Source: Candidatus Heimdallarchaeota archaeon
GTDB taxonomy: Archaea > Asgardarchaeota > Heimdallarchaeia > Heimdallarchaeales > Heimdallarchaeaceae
Direction of reading: 5' to 3'
Assembly (NCBI GenBank): GCA_019057375.1
Contig: DXJF01000113.1
Span: 1-52,869 of the forward strand
Length of the DNA stretch: 52,869 bases
Numbering within the stretch: position 1 is the stretch's first letter; every line of letters begins with the position of its first letter. Positions 49,662 through 52,869 of the stretch are shown here, in pieces. The position numbers were made by a program, and so were the translations under genes. The notes under the pieces were generated by a model. It saw only the letters and a program-made list of their open reading frames with translations, ran no database searches and was not told the origin of the DNA.

Positions 49662-50517
49662 CTAACTTAAATTAATTTCTACTTTATAATGATTTTCAAA
49701 TAAATGCATATCTATTATGTATTCTCTGAGCTTTGAGAGAGAGAACTGATTTCGGAGCAGTATACCTTTATTGACTAGACTGAACACCGAAGTAAGAGAA
49801 TCTTCCATTTCATAATCACTGAATTCATTAAATAATTCAATTATTGTTATTTCATCTCTTTTCATAGTATATTCTGCAATTCTACTATCATGTTTGTCCA
49901 ATTTCTTTATTTCACTTGATTTTTGTTCATTAAATTTAAGTGGAAAATAAATCCAGAAGTGTGCCTCCAACTTGTCCATCTTCATCCAAGTATAGTTTAG
50001 CTCCAGAAAAAACTGCAAAATCCCAAACAACCTCGAAACTTTGTGCAATTGCTACCCTAGAAAAATCATAGCTTAGATCTATAGGAACATTTCCTTCAGT
50101 TTCTACAGGATACAAATCGGTTTTTGCTATTAGAGTAGAAATATTGTAATCTAATTTATAAATGTCATAACCTGATATGCTATCGATTGTAAAATCATCC
50201 TCAAAAGAATCACTTACTTCATTATAAGTAAGATTTAATGATTGACAATCACATACAGTGACAATATCTTTACCAGATAAAACATCTCCTACTCCTGAAA
50301 TACATTTGACTGGAACATGAAGTAGATTACCGTTTGGAATAGAAATATGAAAGAACTGATTCTTAAGTAAAGAATTTTTCATCACTTGGTTGTTTGATTT
50401 TGATATAACTGGTTCTTGATATAACGAGAAACAAATAAGCAATAAAATTATAGTGGAAACCATTCTCGTTTTATTCACAATTCTTCGCAAGAAAGCAACC
50501 TCACTTGGACACAACAA
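49662..50517 (-). pseudogene. Internally deleted third paralogue (array member 3): N-terminal ectodomain fused out of frame to the terminal winged helix
   Basis: 49936..50517 carries IAQSFEVVWDFAVFSGAKLYL (ectodomain motif); the other frame carries HFWIYFPLK...LVNKGIL (tail motif); junction near 49960-49965. Confidence 0.75.
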
Positions 50518-50596
50518 CTAATTGTACACTTGCTCCTATTAGTTATTTATAATTATGTGAAGTCTCATTAATGTTCTCTAATTGCACTTCCAAAGT

Positions 50597-51349
50597 TCAT
50601 ACTTTATTTCTATCAAGTTCAAAAAATGTTTGAGTGTACTGATCAGATATACTGGTTATAACAAATTCTTTCTCAACCAGTTTGAATAATAACCCTAATG
50701 CTTCATTTACTGGATATTTCTTCAAATCGTCTAATAGCCTCATTATTGAGGTTTGTTTATTTTCTGCAAAATGGGTTAATATGTCTCTCAATATCACACT
50801 CTCGCTTTCGATTTCTGCTAGCTTGCGAATATCTATTTCGAGTGGGTAGAGTAACCACAGATGAAACAGGTGAGTTATTTTGTCCATTATACTTATTTTA
50901 TAATAATCGGAAAATTCTTCAGAATACTCCCCTTCTGAACTATCAAAACCAAAAACTAAATCAAACCATTTTACCAATTCTACGACATTCATTTCGAGAT
51001 CACTATGCAAATCTCGTTCAGTGAATAGATAAACTGTGTAGGGCCCGTAACTTGTAGTAATAACAATGAAACCATAATACTTTATCTTTATCATATCAGC
51101 TGTTGAACTGATTTTCTCTACTTGAGTAGGGTCCTGTGTCTGTAAAACATCACAGATAAGAGCAGGATCTAGGTTAATTTGGCTATTTAAGTCCATTTCA
51201 AAAACGGGTAAACACTGCTCATGTTGAACTACAAGTATTTTTCTTATCATGAAAACATCTTGAAATATTTTTTCGTAGTTCAGCTTCAGTCTACCTCTGG
51301 CTTCTCTTAAATTATAATATACTCCTTTACATATTTTAAAATTGTTCAA
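50597..51349 (-). CDS. Soluble longin + winged-helix protein (array member 4)
   Basis: FMIRKILVVQHEQCLPVFEMDL...DPALI...VYLFTE...KWF...HLWLLYPL, homologous to receptor tails; no TM; start uncertain. Confidence 0.75.
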   Translation of the reverse strand: MNNFKICKGVYYNLREARGRLKLNYEKIFQDVFMIRKILVVQHEQCLPVFEMDLNSQINLDPALICDVLQTQDPTQVEKISSTADMIKIKYYGFIVITTSYGPYTVYLFTERDLHSDLEMNVVELVKWFDLVFGFDSSEGEYSEEFSDYYKISIMDKITHLFHLWLLYPLEIDIRKLAEIESESVILRDILTHFAENKQTSIMRLLDDLKKYPVNEALGLLFKLVEKEFVITSISDQYTQTFFELDRNKV

Positions 51350-51407
51350 GTGACCATTAAACAGGTAATGTTAAATATTTCAGAATGTAACTTATATTTG
51401 AAAGGAA

Positions 51408-51593
51408 ATGAGTAAAATAGGCAAGTTTATCTCTAATTTTTTGCTAAAGATGTTTCCTCAAAACCCACCAGAGTTTCAAACTGATGAAAGACAAGGCTTT
51501 GAGAAAGGTGGAATACAATTTAGAGGGATAAAAGGCAAGAAAGATCAAATTGCGATGATTGAGGGAGTACGCAAAAGAAACTCTGGGAACTAA
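51408..51593 (+). CDS. Small hypothetical protein
   Basis: 61 aa, AAAGGA SD-like motif before the ATG, fills the gap between array members without overlap. Confidence 0.5.
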   Translation: MSKIGKFISNFLLKMFPQNPPEFQTDERQGFEKGGIQFRGIKGKKDQIAMIEGVRKRNSGN

Positions 51594-51607
51594 TATTCAA
51601 CTCTATA

Positions 51608-52318
51608 TCAATTACCGTTAGAAGTAGTCTCAATGTATCCATTGATAACCAGATTGAAAATCTCAAAAAGAATTTCTTCTTCATCATAGATTTTAAAGTG
51701 GTCTAAAATTAGAGCTGCTGAGAATTTCTTATCTTTCTCAATACATTCAAAGATTTGTTTTCCAAGAGCAGACAGATTTTCTCTTTCTATATTTTGATCC
51801 TTTGATGTCTTTAAAGGATAAAGTAACCATAAAAATAGATTTTGAGATATTTTGCTTTCAATTATGGCTCTACTAATTTTGAAAACATCCAATGAGCCAT
51901 CCCAATTATTTTTCTTAGAATTGAAGGTTTTGCTGAACCATTTAATTAAATCCTGCATTCCCTTTTCTATTTCTTTTACGAGTTCTGTTTCAGAAAAAAC
52001 ATAGACAGAAAAGCCATCAAAATATGATCCTGTTACCGAAAATCCGTGGAATTGCAGCTTTTTGAAACCTGTTGGTCGTCCTATCATTTCTTGACCTATT
52101 GTAGAAATTGCTTGAAGAACCCCTGATATCATAGCAGCATCAAAGAAAACTGTACTTTCAATATCCGTTTCAAAGACAGGAAGACTGGTCTCTTGGTGGA
52201 CAATTAGTACTTTTTGAATCATAAAGACAGTTTGGTAAATTTCTCTGAGTTTATTATTTATTTGATAATCTGAATTGAAAGAACTTAACTGATCACTCAA
52301 TTTTGAACCCCCAGACAT
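51608..52318 (-). CDS. Soluble longin + winged-helix protein (array member 5)
   Basis: FMIQKVLIVHQETSLPVFE...ISGVLQAI...VFSETEL...KWF...WDGSLDVF...FLWLLYPL, homologous to receptor tails; no TM. Confidence 0.82.
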   Translation of the reverse strand: MSGGSKLSDQLSSFNSDYQINNKLREIYQTVFMIQKVLIVHQETSLPVFETDIESTVFFDAAMISGVLQAISTIGQEMIGRPTGFKKLQFHGFSVTGSYFDGFSVYVFSETELVKEIEKGMQDLIKWFSKTFNSKKNNWDGSLDVFKISRAIIESKISQNLFLWLLYPLKTSKDQNIERENLSALGKQIFECIEKDKKFSAALILDHFKIYDEEEILFEIFNLVINGYIETTSNGN

Positions 52319-52586
52319 TTAAACAAACTTACGAGGTGGCTGATTCCCTTCTTAAAAACTTTTCGTGTAAAATGGTTTAAAATCTCAGAAACTGTTGGTC
52401 AAAACAGCTGAATTATAAAAATGAATAAAATTTGTCAGAGAAATTAAGAAAAATAGAGCAAATTGTTTTAGAAAATTACTTGCAAAAACAAGGATATAAC
52501 TCTATCATCCAATATCCCACCTTTTTAATTAGTCTTCTATGCGGGAAACTGTACCATGACACATGCTTGTTTTGATTTTTATGCTT

Positions 52587-52659
52587 AATTCCATAATCTG
52601 TTAGTTGATTAATATGTTACAAATTCCACAATCTGTTACAAATTCCACAACTTGTTACA
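52587..52659 (+). repeat. 19-bp direct repeats TGTTACAAATTCCACAA(TC/CT) upstream of an RHH-like gene
   Basis: Full units at 52615-52633 and 52634-52652, partial TGTTACA at 52653-52659, degenerate copy AATTCCATAATCTGTTA at 52587-52603. Confidence 0.85.
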
Positions 52660-52679
52660 TGACAGGAGGAATATAGATT

Positions 52680-52869
52680 ATGGAAAACGAAAACAAAAAT
52701 TTAAAACGAAAATATAAACGTTCTTTCATCACTCTCTGTCTTAAAGAGGAAGATAAAGATATGTTTCGAGAAGTAGCTTATTTATTGAGAGACACATTAA
52801 GTGGGACTGTAATCGGTCTTGCTTTAAATGGAATCGAATCCAGAAAGGATGAACTTGAATCACTCAGAG
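52680..52869 (+). CDS. Ribbon-helix-helix-like DNA-binding protein (3'-truncated by window; not in ORF track)
   Basis: AGGAGG at 52664-52669; MENENKNLKRKYKRSFITLCLKEEDKDMFREVAYLLRDTLSGTVIGLALNGIE shows a strand-helix-helix pattern. Confidence 0.6.
   Translation, partial: MENENKNLKRKYKRSFITLCLKEEDKDMFREVAYLLRDTLSGTVIGLALNGIESRKDELESLR

Noticed and set aside
42317-52318. Array as a provirus, transposon cargo or DGR target
   Set aside because: No integrase, capsid, reverse transcriptase, terminal repeats or template/variable repeat pair seen in the window.

Overview
AT-rich archaeal window with no rRNA, tRNA or CRISPR array detected. The mix of archaeal housekeeping genes (tfb, porGDAB, short-type purA, COG1202 helicase) and eukaryote-like proteins (Rab-like GTPase, several longin-domain proteins, AN1 zinc finger) points to an Asgard archaeon; the lineage cannot be resolved from this window. 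It opens with the 3' part of a TnpB transposon and its right-end/omegaRNA hairpins, then metabolic genes (sdhAB-fumC, disulphide oxidoreductase, porGDAB, citG, nnr, degV, purA), a bacterial/eukaryotic-type class II CCA enzyme and an nfeD-flotillin pair carrying a DHD[IV]S[AVI] hexapeptide repeat. The most striking feature is a ~10 kb minus-strand tandem array (42317-52318) of five paralogues sharing a cytoplasmic longin + winged-helix module. Two are ~1200-aa single-pass surface proteins (one intact, one with a single in-frame TAA), one is an internally deleted remnant and two are soluble stand-alone modules: a candidate receptor/adaptor signalling system. By-eye motif comparison from memory also suggests homologues of CCDC47 (PAT complex), CENP-N/Chl4, Ost5/TMEM258, Cren7, a uDENN-type longin, a possible tri-longin protein and an AN1-fused, catalytically dead site-2 protease. 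These remote assignments are inferences needing profile or structure searches. The window ends in an RHH-like gene preceded by 19-bp direct repeats.
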